A stretch of DNA of 64,000 bases, from NCBI GenBank assembly GCA_902499925.1, contig GCA_902499925.1_4130.1. One strand, given 5' to 3'. Below the pieces are notes generated by a model. It did not search any database. It was not told where the DNA came from and was given only the letters and a program-made list of their open reading frames with translations. Positions 18,664 through 26,695 of this stretch are shown piece after piece. A program made the translations under genes and the position numbers. How positions within the stretch are numbered: the first letter of the stretch is position 1; every line of letters begins with the position of its first letter. The DNA comes from Escherichia coli. GTDB taxonomy: Bacteria > Pseudomonadota > Gammaproteobacteria > Enterobacterales > Enterobacteriaceae.

Positions 18664-18856
18664 GAATACGCTCACATGCCAGACAATAAATGCACTCAAT
18701 GTCAGGTCGCCATGATTTATCGAAATCTTTGTGCTGTTCTTCAGTGTATTCCGCATCATCATTGATAGGAAAGAAATCCCCAGCACCAGAGGCCCAGTCT
18801 GAATCTAAACGGAAACGAGCTAATTGAGTACTGTTGCAATATGGACATTTATTCAA
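18656..18856 (-). CDS. small zinc-ribbon protein
   Basis: 66 aa with CPYC...CIYCLAC cysteine pairs. Confidence 0.55.
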   Translation of the reverse strand: MNKCPYCNSTQLARFRLDSDWASGAGDFFPINDDAEYTEEQHKDFDKSWRPDIECIYCLACERIHD

Positions 18857-19133
18857 AATTTATTCCTTCTAACTGATATACGTTTAATGAAAATGACCCA
18901 CTATTATTATCGCATCTGAAACACAGTGTTAAAGAACCATTAAAACTAACAACATCAGTACATATACATTTTTCACCATTGGATATGATAGATTTTCCTA
19001 TATATAAATCTCTTACTATAGTACGGTAATGTTGCCATAAAAAATAATACACACTTTCATAGTACTCATCTTTTACATATGACAAGTATAAGAATTTATA
19101 AAATACTTGTATTTCCTTTAAGTTGTTTTTCAT
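18849..19133 (-). CDS. QFTYK-family small paralog
   Basis: 94 aa; N-terminus LKEIQVFYKFLYLSY. Confidence 0.6.
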   Translation of the reverse strand: MKNNLKEIQVFYKFLYLSYVKDEYYESVYYFLWQHYRTIVRDLYIGKSIISNGEKCICTDVVSFNGSLTLCFRCDNNSGSFSLNVYQLEGINFE

Positions 19134-19407
19134 TCTCCAACTCCAGTAAATTTACACCAATCCAATCAACATCACTATCAGTACTTAATTCCAATCGTAG
19201 CTTACCGCTATGACTAACAATATCGCGGAATTTGTATATTTTATTATCACGAACTATACACAAATCATGGTAATATTCATGTAATTCATCCAAAAACTTT
19301 ATCCATACCGAACGATAGATTTCACCGTAGAGATATTCTCCAGCATCAACCGTAGCGTATTGGATATACAAAAATTTGTATGTGAATTGTATATCATTAA
19401 TATTCAT
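19096..19407 (-). CDS. QFTYK-family small paralog
   Basis: 103 aa; MNINDIQFTYKFLYIQY. Confidence 0.65.
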   Translation of the reverse strand: MNINDIQFTYKFLYIQYATVDAGEYLYGEIYRSVWIKFLDELHEYYHDLCIVRDNKIYKFRDIVSHSGKLRLELSTDSDVDWIGVNLLELENEKQLKGNTSIL

Positions 19408-19417
19408 ATGTCAACTC

Positions 19418-19729
19418 TTATAGGTCCGTTAACTTCATAACTTTAATCTCCATAAATTCCCTATCAGTTTTTTCAAGAAATTCTACATGGATAATACCTT
19501 GATAAGATTTTACACCTGAATATTCAAATATGTCATCTCCATCAGTGTAAGTACTGTAATTCTTTTTTATATATTCAGCAATAGAATCTAAGTAATCATA
19601 GTAATTATTAATAAATGGTGATTCTTTTGATTCGACATGTTCACCAATCTTCCCACTAAAAAGATACATGTCATACAAACCATATATATTTTTATACGTG
19701 AATTGAACATCATTCAAATTTAATTTCAA
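19418..19729 (-). CDS. QFTYK-family small paralog
   Basis: 103 aa; MKLNLNDVQFTYKNIYGLY. Confidence 0.65.
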   Translation of the reverse strand: MKLNLNDVQFTYKNIYGLYDMYLFSGKIGEHVESKESPFINNYYDYLDSIAEYIKKNYSTYTDGDDIFEYSGVKSYQGIIHVEFLEKTDREFMEIKVMKLTDL

Positions 19730-19986
19730 GGGAATATCTCCAGAGGAACACTCGTAAATCCAAAATCAGTGAAGAACTGTACCTCGACTTTACCATCGAG
19801 CTTAATGATTATATCTGAAAATTCTGCATGATCGTTGTTAATAATTACAGTACTGAATTTTTCTTTAATCCTCTCACGCACAATATTAATCATTTCAATA
19901 CATGTATCTTCTAAAAACACACTATTATTTTTATTTGCTAGGTCACGAATGCACTTGAATGTTAATTGGAAATCTTTATAATTCAT
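19726..19986 (-). CDS. QFTYK-family small paralog
   Basis: 86 aa; MNYKDFQLTFKCIRDL. Confidence 0.6.
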   Translation of the reverse strand: MNYKDFQLTFKCIRDLANKNNSVFLEDTCIEMINIVRERIKEKFSTVIINNDHAEFSDIIIKLDGKVEVQFFTDFGFTSVPLEIFP

Positions 19987-20252
19987 ATATTCACCAAATC
20001 AACAGAGAATAAGTCGTTATCAAATTTATATGAAAGTACTAATCTACCACCAAAACTATCGACTCTAAGTATCTTTCGTTTTTTCCCATTAATGAAAATT
20101 TCAGTATTAATAAAATACTCACGTAATTCTTCTAGGTAATTTGACCATAATTTATGAGTAAACGCATTTTTATTAATTGTGTTAGTACTTCTGTGATTAT
20201 GGTGTAATTTAAATAATTCCATATAAGTGAATTGTATATGTTTGTAATTCAT
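19983..20252 (-). CDS. QFTYK-family small paralog
   Basis: 89 aa; MNYKHIQFTYMELFKLH; followed by terminator 20263-20292. Confidence 0.65.
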   Translation of the reverse strand: MNYKHIQFTYMELFKLHHNHRSTNTINKNAFTHKLWSNYLEELREYFINTEIFINGKKRKILRVDSFGGRLVLSYKFDNDLFSVDLVNI

Positions 20253-20262
20253 ATTTCCCCTT

Positions 20263-20292
20263 ACAAAAATAGCCCGAACTTATGTCGGGCTA
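20263..20292 (-). terminator. rho-independent terminator
   Basis: UAGCCCGA-CAUAAGU-UCGGGCUA then UUUUUG, after 20299..20913. Confidence 0.8.
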
Positions 20293-20298
20293 TATGTA

Positions 20299-20913
20299 TT
20301 ATTCATCGTCATCATCGTCGTCGAGATCTAGGTAAATGTCAGCATCACCATCATCAAAGTACTCAACAACTACACCAGGAATGTTCAGTGCTGTAAACAT
20401 CGCATCATATTTTTCATCAGATGGGATAAGAACAAACTCATCAATGCTTTGAATTTCAGGCATACGATCTTCAGGAATACCCATTTGCAACAAGGATTGG
20501 ATGATTTTTTCCTTGTATTCTTGGAACTTCTCTTCTGATTCGAAATCCATAATAAGTTGTGCTACATAACCATCTTCGTTACCAAATGCGATTGACATTT
20601 GTGCATCAGTACCGACATATGACCATGTACGCTTGCCAGTATTTTTCTCAATGAAGTTCTGAATTTCAAGAACGATTTCATGACGAGAACTATTGGCAAT
20701 GTTGTTAAGGTTAGCAACACCAGCAATAATTTCTGAACTATCATTGGATTCTTCGAATGTACCATAGTCACCTAATACATATTGAACACCATCACAATGT
20801 AATGCATATGCATAATCCAAATCAGCAAGTGAATCACACTTACCACGGATTGGGCGTAGGGAAAGCCCTAGGCGAAGATAACGAAAGTATGTATTAGTAT
20901 TTGTATTTGTCAA
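20299..20913 (-). CDS. hypothetical protein with poly-Asp C-terminus
   Basis: Track start 20958 is TTG; in-frame TTG at 20913 has AAGGAG (20921-20926) 7 nt upstream; the next in-frame ATG is about 100 codons further; C-terminus DLDDDDDDE. Confidence 0.55.
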   Translation of the reverse strand: MTNTNTNTYFRYLRLGLSLRPIRGKCDSLADLDYAYALHCDGVQYVLGDYGTFEESNDSSEIIAGVANLNNIANSSRHEIVLEIQNFIEKNTGKRTWSYVGTDAQMSIAFGNEDGYVAQLIMDFESEEKFQEYKEKIIQSLLQMGIPEDRMPEIQSIDEFVLIPSDEKYDAMFTALNIPGVVVEYFDDGDADIYLDLDDDDDDE

Positions 20914-21181
20914 CGTAATGCTCCTTAACAATATAAAAGTAGTTGCTGTTGTTGTCAAAAAAGATGACTAATCCTTTGTAGACATTTACACCAATCTTGA
21001 TTTGGCATATTTTATTCGATTTACAAGCCTCAGTCAATAACATCTTGTGCTCTTTACTGAAAGTGTGGAATAGTGGTTTTACATGCCACATCTCCACACC
21101 ATCTAGTACTGGAAAATGTTCACTGAATTTGATCATTGATTCTTGTAAAAAATAACCTGTTAGATTCGAATCATCAGACAT
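20894..21181 (-). CDS. hypothetical protein
   Basis: Track start 21202 is TTG; ATG at 21181 preferred; 95 aa. Confidence 0.5.
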   Translation of the reverse strand: MSDDSNLTGYFLQESMIKFSEHFPVLDGVEMWHVKPLFHTFSKEHKMLLTEACKSNKICQIKIGVNVYKGLVIFFDNNSNYFYIVKEHYVDKYKY

Positions 21182-21467
21182 GTAAGTTCGCCAGGAAGTC
21201 AATTACTTCGTCATGTGTTAACTTATCACTACGCTCTAGAACATTGATGATGAATGGTGTTTGACTATATAATTCAGCCAGAAAAGCAACTTCATCAGAT
21301 GTATAAGAATATCCCATAGGAACAACTTGTGCAGTCCAGTTTCCTAAAGTTTTGTTTGCAATGATTGCAACCACCGTATTACCTTTGAATTCAACATGGA
21401 TTGAACGGAAACCCGAATCCTCATTCTGATCCCAAAGTACTGGGTTAGTTTTAAACAGTACTGACAT
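21174..21467 (-). CDS. hypothetical protein
   Basis: 97-aa ORF. Confidence 0.55.
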   Translation of the reverse strand: MSVLFKTNPVLWDQNEDSGFRSIHVEFKGNTVVAIIANKTLGNWTAQVVPMGYSYTSDEVAFLAELYSQTPFIINVLERSDKLTHDEVIDFLANLHV

Positions 21468-21469
21468 AG

Positions 21470-22003
21470 TTATTTCCTCATGTATTTTATTACATCTTCA
21501 AATAGTTTAGTTTTCAGTGCATCATCATTACCAGGTAGAAAAGTACTGAAGCTATTAAAATCTTCATTCTTGGCAAACTCACGCATCTGTGTGGAACTGT
21601 AGCGACTTACATTTCGGTCAATTCCAGCTTGAACTGCCTTGATTGAACAAAAATTATATAACTTCCCATTGTACGTGTCAAGTGTTTTTTGGAATGGTTC
21701 AAGTCTGTCTGAACCACATATGAAAAGAACATCTAAGTACTTTCCATCCAGTTCTCTCATTATATCAAACAGATTATCTTCTGTATAGATATTTTCTTGT
21801 ACAGATGGGTAAAATCCTTCTGTATAGTACATTTTCAGTTCAGGAGGTAATGGGTTTTTGACGGCATCAGTACTGGTACTAAGGAATATTTTCAAATCAG
21901 CATTGTACTGTTCTTGTAGTGCTTGAGCTTTTTCAAACACTAAACCATGACCTCGATGTACAGGGTTAATTCTTCCGAATGTCACTACGCATGTTTCTTT
22001 CAT
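21470..22003 (-). CDS. cytidylyltransferase-superfamily nucleotidyltransferase (NMN adenylyltransferase-like)
   Basis: 177 aa; N-terminal FGRINPVHRGH ((H/T)xGH motif) and C-terminal SSTQMR (ISSTxxR-type motif). Confidence 0.7.
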   Translation of the reverse strand: MKETCVVTFGRINPVHRGHGLVFEKAQALQEQYNADLKIFLSTSTDAVKNPLPPELKMYYTEGFYPSVQENIYTEDNLFDIMRELDGKYLDVLFICGSDRLEPFQKTLDTYNGKLYNFCSIKAVQAGIDRNVSRYSSTQMREFAKNEDFNSFSTFLPGNDDALKTKLFEDVIKYMRK

Positions 22004-22524
22004 ATGTTCTTCATCACCTGACCAATAGATTTAAGATGGTTGATTTTAGCTGGAGTCAAATACTTATCCAGTACTATTAAACAACTAGGGAATGGAGCAC
22101 TGTCAGTCTTTTTATCTGGTTCTTCAGGGATACCGAACTTTAAGCGACCTTTTATAAAACAAATACAGTCGCATAACTTAGACGCATAGTCCTGGAACGC
22201 AATAGTATCAGTTCTTGATGGTACGAGAATCAGTACTGTAGCACCTTTGTTATATGCATCAACTGCCTTAGATAACCACGTTTTCAAATCACTGTACGGT
22301 GGGTTGAGCCACACGATATTGTTTCCCCAGTCCTGTTCAAGTGAATTGTCTTCTGGTGTAAAGAACTTATCACACAATGCAGTTTCTTTGACACAAGCTG
22401 CATCTAGTGTAAATTCCCAGAGTTCATCCAAATCTTCAAAGAAATCCTTTGGAGTAGTCCAGTTATCTTTTCCAGTACTGAAATGTACTGATTGTTTTTT
22501 CTTCGAAGCATCCTTCTTCGACAT
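22000..22524 (-). CDS. phage Dam-type DNA N6-adenine methyltransferase
   Basis: 174 aa; TPKDFF..LDAAC, catalytic NPPYS, LVPSRTDT, KGRLKF, APFPS, typical of the phage N6-adenine MTase family; ATGA overlap with downstream gene. Confidence 0.8.
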   Translation of the reverse strand: MSKKDASKKKQSVHFSTGKDNWTTPKDFFEDLDELWEFTLDAACVKETALCDKFFTPEDNSLEQDWGNNIVWLNPPYSDLKTWLSKAVDAYNKGATVLILVPSRTDTIAFQDYASKLCDCICFIKGRLKFGIPEEPDKKTDSAPFPSCLIVLDKYLTPAKINHLKSIGQVMKNI

Positions 22525-22540
22525 ACATAATTTCCTTTGA

Positions 22541-23086
22541 TTATAGACAGTTAAGTACTATGTCATCAAAAGTACTACTGTCAATGTTGTATTCATATAA
22601 AAATTTAAAATGTGATCCATAACGCATCATCAGATTAAACTCTTCTTCAGTATTAAATTTGTAATCATGAAGAGTTTCAAGGGTACATGTTAAACCTAAA
22701 AACTCAATAATTTCTGATGTTACATCATTTCCTGAATTGAAGTATTTAACCCAAACACATTTTCCTTGTGGGTTGAATTTTCTATATTCTCCTTCTAGTT
22801 CTCCATTGACGATATGTGCTTTCGCACTGATTAGATTATTACTATAACGCTCTTCGTAGTAGTTCCCATAACGAGCTTTAAGAATTGTAGGCTTCTTGGT
22901 TGGGAATAACTTAATGGAAGTTAATTCAAAACCGCACTGCAACTCTTTGATGTACGAAATACATCCCTTTTCTTTAATCACAACAAAACCAGTAAAATTC
23001 TCTTGGTCTTGGTTCTGATTGTCTGAATCAACAAATTCTAGTGTTTTATAAGTGACGCTTTTAGATTTTTTAATAAATGACATCAT
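22541..23086 (-). CDS. hypothetical protein with MORN/YwqK-like repeats
   Basis: Start moved to ATG 23086 (AGGA 5 nt upstream; the track start would fall at the promoter); NGELEGEYRKFNPQGKCVWVKYFNSGN resembles MORN-type repeats. Confidence 0.4.
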   Translation of the reverse strand: MMSFIKKSKSVTYKTLEFVDSDNQNQDQENFTGFVVIKEKGCISYIKELQCGFELTSIKLFPTKKPTILKARYGNYYEERYSNNLISAKAHIVNGELEGEYRKFNPQGKCVWVKYFNSGNDVTSEIIEFLGLTCTLETLHDYKFNTEEEFNLMMRYGSHFKFLYEYNIDSSTFDDIVLNCL

Positions 23087-23144
23087 TATTCCTATGGAAA
23101 CATCAATGACTGTACATGGCGTTGACTTCATCAACACCAGTCGA

Positions 23145-23173
23145 ATTATACACGCTTCGCATGTCTAATTCAA
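23145..23173 (-). promoter_or_regulatory. sigma70-like promoter (TTGAAT-17-TATAAT)
   Basis: -10 at 23145-23150, -35 at 23168-23173, upstream of gene 22541..23086. Confidence 0.6.
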
Positions 23174-23704
23174 CGAAAGTACTATGATTTGTTTTAATTA
23201 ATATTGACGGGGTTTGCTTGAGCATATTTCATCCCCCCGCAGGGGAAAGAACAAAAAAAGTTTGACGCTGGTGGCCTTCACATAGTTCATATCACGAATT
23301 CTCTTACGAGGCGAAAGCGGGTTGCTCTGTTTCTCTCTATCGCGGTTCTTGTAGCAACGGTCGTCGGTCTTAAACATCCCGACACATAATACAAATACCA
23401 TATGACCAGTACTTGTATTTGATTTCACGAATTTTGGACGCAACTATATTGTATAAATTACGACCGCAAATTTCTCATGAAATCTCCCTTAGATAATTGG
23501 TAAGGTGCGATCCTTATATGTCTATCGAGGAACTCTCTTTATCCTATTGGAGTTCTTTATACAGCCGCATTGCCGTGAGTGGTTCAAACTATGCCATCAT
23601 CTAACGGGTTTCATTTGCTGTTCGTACTGAAAGGACTACTCATCTACCCTCTACTTTTCGAGTGGATTAGGCTTTAATCATTTCCATATGGAACCTTTCA
23701 GGAT
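23174..23704 (-). ncRNA. candidate structured non-coding RNA or decayed gene (non-coding island)
   Basis: About 530 bp with no convincing ORF, GC about 40-45% versus about 30% in the flanks, bounded by terminator 23705-23735 and promoter 23145-23173; several local hairpins (TAAGG-n6-CCTTA at 23502-23517, GAACTC-n14-GAGTTC at 23530-23555, palindrome TTCCATATGGAA at 23682-23693, CCCC-n-GGGG around 23233-23245). Confidence 0.3.
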
Positions 23705-23735
23705 TAAAAAAGGCGACAACATATTCTGCTGTCAC
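23705..23735 (-). terminator. rho-independent terminator
   Basis: GGUGACA-GCAGAAUAUGU-UGUCGCC then UUUUUU, after 23767..24615. Confidence 0.7.
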
Positions 23736-23740
23736 CTTAC

Positions 23741-23768
23741 ATTATATCATAAACTTATGGTATGTCTC
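23741..23768 (-). promoter_or_regulatory. possible promoter (GAGACA-16-TGaTATAAT) abutting a terminator hairpin
   Basis: -10 at 23741-23746; -35 overlaps the stop codon of 23767..24615; the predicted start falls at the first bases of the 23712-23735 hairpin. Confidence 0.4.
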
Positions 23769-24615
23769 AGTTGTATTCTGTTTTTTCAGTGAAATTAGTT
23801 AAGATATCTGCACTTAAGCTTCTCATAACCTCAATCTTACTTGGCATGAATCTGTGCTTGTTTTTTACATACAACTCGTCATCTTCAATGAAAGATGTGA
23901 ACATGAATACCATATCTTCACGTGGGATTGAGAGAATATTACAGTTTTCATTTTCAGCAACAGGGGAATCATTGTAGTACTTAGAGAATGCAGTACTTTG
24001 ACGACCGATTATGATAGAATTACGGATTAGAAAATTACTACAGTACTGAAAATCTTTGTAGTACTTGTCAAGGATATATGGCATTATCGCTTCTTTCACT
24101 TCTTCATATCCATTGGTACTATCAATTTCAGTACAATAATCTTCTCGGTCTTTATTCCCTCGATGATTATCAAACTCGTACTCAAAGAATAAATTTTCAT
24201 TTAATGAATTATTTGAACCAACTGATCCACTATAGTATGATTTTCTATCATTCATTCGATCATCGGGGCATGATGCATACATAGAAATGTCATGTGTTGA
24301 CGTACCGATATAAATTTTCTTAGTAATGTGATTGTACGCGATGTAATCATAATCTTGTACTCCAGTGAGCATTAACTGGAACATCAATTCATCAGGAACA
24401 TCAATCAACGGGTACTCAAACTTCGAATATCTACTACGACAGAAATTCTTTTCAAATGCTCGATATGCGATGAAATCTTTTAGGTTTGTAATAGATTCAT
24501 GCTCATGTGTATTACTGGTGCGTACATTGACATTAGTAGACGAGCAATACCCTTCAGATTCTTCTGCGTAGTCATAATAACCCTTACTGTAGTCAACGAT
24601 TAGATAAAGTTTCAT
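23767..24615 (-). CDS. hypothetical protein
   Basis: 282-aa ORF; GGAG RBS; terminator downstream. Confidence 0.65.
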   Translation of the reverse strand: MKLYLIVDYSKGYYDYAEESEGYCSSTNVNVRTSNTHEHESITNLKDFIAYRAFEKNFCRSRYSKFEYPLIDVPDELMFQLMLTGVQDYDYIAYNHITKKIYIGTSTHDISMYASCPDDRMNDRKSYYSGSVGSNNSLNENLFFEYEFDNHRGNKDREDYCTEIDSTNGYEEVKEAIMPYILDKYYKDFQYCSNFLIRNSIIIGRQSTAFSKYYNDSPVAENENCNILSIPREDMVFMFTSFIEDDELYVKNKHRFMPSKIEVMRSLSADILTNFTEKTEYN

Positions 24616-24627
24616 ATATCTCCAGAC

Positions 24628-24657
24628 AAAAAAAAGACGAGATATTATATCCCGTCC
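24628..24657 (-). terminator. rho-independent terminator
   Basis: GACGGGA-UAUAAUA-UCUCGUC (one G-U) then UUUUUUUU, after 24667..24972. Confidence 0.7.
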
Positions 24658-24666
24658 TTTGGTTTA

Positions 24667-24972
24667 TTAGTGGCTTGCCCAGCAGTAAACAGGACGTAGA
24701 TTTTCCATTGGGTTTACTTCAGGCTTCAGTACTGTAACACGAACTTCATACGGAGTACCATCTGCATGATGGAACGTTTCGTAATGAATACTCTCAATGA
24801 AGGTTTCATATTCTTCTTGAGAACGTGAACGAACTGATGGGGAATATTTCTTTTTGGTATCTGATTTTAGTGTAACACTTACTAGTTCTGATTCTTCACC
24901 ATTTTCAAGATTATTGAAATCGAACTCTGGTACACCTTCAAACATATCAAATTTCATTCCGTTGTCTTCCAT
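24667..24972 (-). CDS. hypothetical protein
   Basis: 101-aa ORF followed by terminator 24628-24657. Confidence 0.6.
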   Translation of the reverse strand: MEDNGMKFDMFEGVPEFDFNNLENGEESELVSVTLKSDTKKKYSPSVRSRSQEEYETFIESIHYETFHHADGTPYEVRVTVLKPEVNPMENLRPVYCWASH

Positions 24973-25023
24973 TTTAAATTCCTTTTTATATAATGTTAGT
25001 TAGATAGTTTTTAATAAATCAGA

Positions 25024-25410
25024 TTAGATTACGTCATACGGTAGAGTACCGTGACGGAATTTATCAAGTTGTGCAAGAACTTCTTTACGTTCTACAATCT
25101 CTGGCACATCTTCTTGCAGTTGGTCACATACTTCAACGATGAAATCCCAATCGCTCTCACAACTCACACGTACTGCTTCAATTGTTTTCCAATCAGCACT
25201 AATTTCACCTTCAGGATTTACATACGAAGGCCATACCTTTCCATAGTCTTGTACTGATTTGTCGTTAAGAACACGAATAGCATTGAAAATCTGTCCAGTA
25301 CTGAAGTGTTTAGTATTCTTCATGTCTTCTAAGCAACATAGCTTAGGTTCACCCTGGACTTCAATCAGAAGTACACCACCAATCGCTTTTAGAACAGAAC
25401 TTGTATTCAT
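25024..25410 (-). CDS. hypothetical protein
   Basis: 128-aa ORF downstream of promoter 25444-25471, GGAG RBS. Confidence 0.65.
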   Translation of the reverse strand: MNTSSVLKAIGGVLLIEVQGEPKLCCLEDMKNTKHFSTGQIFNAIRVLNDKSVQDYGKVWPSYVNPEGEISADWKTIEAVRVSCESDWDFIVEVCDQLQEDVPEIVERKEVLAQLDKFRHGTLPYDVI

Positions 25411-25443
25411 CTATATCTCCATTTATCAAAAAAAGATGTGAAC

Positions 25444-25471
25444 ATTATATCACAAGGAATTGTCATGTCCA
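25444..25471 (-). promoter_or_regulatory. sigma70-like promoter (TGGACA-16-TGaTATAAT)
   Basis: Intergenic region upstream of 25024..25410. Confidence 0.5.
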
Positions 25472-25481
25472 CAATATTTTA

Positions 25482-25775
25482 TCAAATAGTCAAACTTTCG
25501 TGCCAGTTATTGAAATCGTTAATAGCCAGCATAAACATATTCTCATCATTAAATTCTAGAATGTGTTCATTGTATAAGTAGCTAATGTACTTATTACTAC
25601 AGTGTTTGCTATTCATAATTAGCATTTCAACTGCACGTTCATATGAACATGGGCTGAGATACAATTTTGTTCCATCAGGATGCTCAATCTCCACTGCACC
25701 AGGTGGAATAAAACGTTCACCAGTATAAGGGATATACGGCTCTGTTTTGAAAATAAGTTTGAATTTAGTATCCAT
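25482..25775 (-). CDS. hypothetical protein
   Basis: 97-aa ORF. Confidence 0.55.
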   Translation of the reverse strand: MDTKFKLIFKTEPYIPYTGERFIPPGAVEIEHPDGTKLYLSPCSYERAVEMLIMNSKHCSNKYISYLYNEHILEFNDENMFMLAINDFNNWHESLTI

Positions 25776-25791
25776 ACCAAATCCTCCATAA

Positions 25792-26649
25792 TTACATTGT
25801 TTCTTTTATGTTGCGTAACATAGTATTAACTATGTTCATCTTCCCGCCTAACTTGAAGTAATATTCCAATTTATTAATAATATTACTTTTTAATATCTCA
25901 AATATTTGATATTCATTTGTTTCGAAACTAAGTTCGAATTGGAAAGTATATAAATTGTTGAATAGATGTACCAACGATGCATCAGGTGATTCCATTGTAA
26001 ATGTGTAGTTGGCACGATAACCAGTACTAATCACTACTTCCGATGATTCACCTTTCATGGATATGTCAATATTATACATCATTGGGCGACCAGTTGCAAT
26101 ATCTTTCATTCGGAAGAATGCAGTACTACGATACACAACACCATCTTCGGTAACCTGTTCTTGTATAGTGATATTTGAAACTTCACTCTCTTTGAATTTG
26201 GATTCGAATGAATGAATACGATTTGATGTTTCATCATCCGTATACATAGTGCATGTATATTTTCCAAAATCATCTCTAGATGTATAAGATTTATCACTGG
26301 CGGTTTTATAAAACGAAACCCCATTGACGTGTTCTTCTTTGTACATCATAGTGTCATGTGATTTGTAGTATGAACAATTAGGTGTTGAAAGAGATTCAAA
26401 ATTGTTCACATCATGACAGTAAGAAATAGAAGAATCGCTATACAGTACTACATCACGAATTGCAACTTCTTTTGAAGTACCTTTTTTGACAGAAATTTGA
26501 AAGTCATTGCATGGGAAGATTCTATATCCATCGTATGTATCTGATGTACTGATACCAAATGGTGTTGGGGAATTTAGAAATTCGTTGATATGTTCAAGTA
26601 CTGAATACTTTTTGAAATTGCGAAAGTCAGTGCTATCTAACATATACAA
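25792..26649 (-). CDS. hypothetical protein
   Basis: 285-aa ORF. Confidence 0.65.
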   Translation of the reverse strand: MYMLDSTDFRNFKKYSVLEHINEFLNSPTPFGISTSDTYDGYRIFPCNDFQISVKKGTSKEVAIRDVVLYSDSSISYCHDVNNFESLSTPNCSYYKSHDTMMYKEEHVNGVSFYKTASDKSYTSRDDFGKYTCTMYTDDETSNRIHSFESKFKESEVSNITIQEQVTEDGVVYRSTAFFRMKDIATGRPMMYNIDISMKGESSEVVISTGYRANYTFTMESPDASLVHLFNNLYTFQFELSFETNEYQIFEILKSNIINKLEYYFKLGGKMNIVNTMLRNIKETM

Positions 26650-26661
26650 TCTCCATAAATT

Positions 26662-26695
26662 TGGACAAAAAATTAGTCGAGAATAAATCTCGACT
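26662..26695 (-). terminator. rho-independent terminator
   Basis: AGUCGAG-AUUUAUU-CUCGACU then AAUUUUUUG; overlaps the 3' end of small ORF 26673..26804. Confidence 0.65.

Noticed and set aside
20894-20958. Programmed frameshift fusing 20894..21181 with 20299..20913
   Set aside because: An AAGGAG box 7 nt upstream of an in-frame TTG at 20913 explains independent initiation. No slippery heptamer was identified in the overlap.
23198-23443. 81-aa ORF in the GC-elevated island as a real gene
   Set aside because: It has no RBS. Its composition is Arg/Lys/Pro-rich and unlike the neighbours. It covers less than half of the island. The island is treated instead as a non-coding or relic region.
23174-23704. 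tRNA or tmRNA genes in the non-coding island
   Set aside because: I scanned both strands for GTTCRANYC T-loops flanked by 5-bp stems. The only candidate (GGTTCAAAC at 23581-23589) has no complementary T-stem or acceptor stem.
24636-24656. TATAAT in the loop of the 24.6-kb hairpin as a promoter
   Set aside because: It has no -35 element. The sequence forms the loop of a canonical terminator followed by a U8 tract, and the next gene has its RBS immediately downstream.
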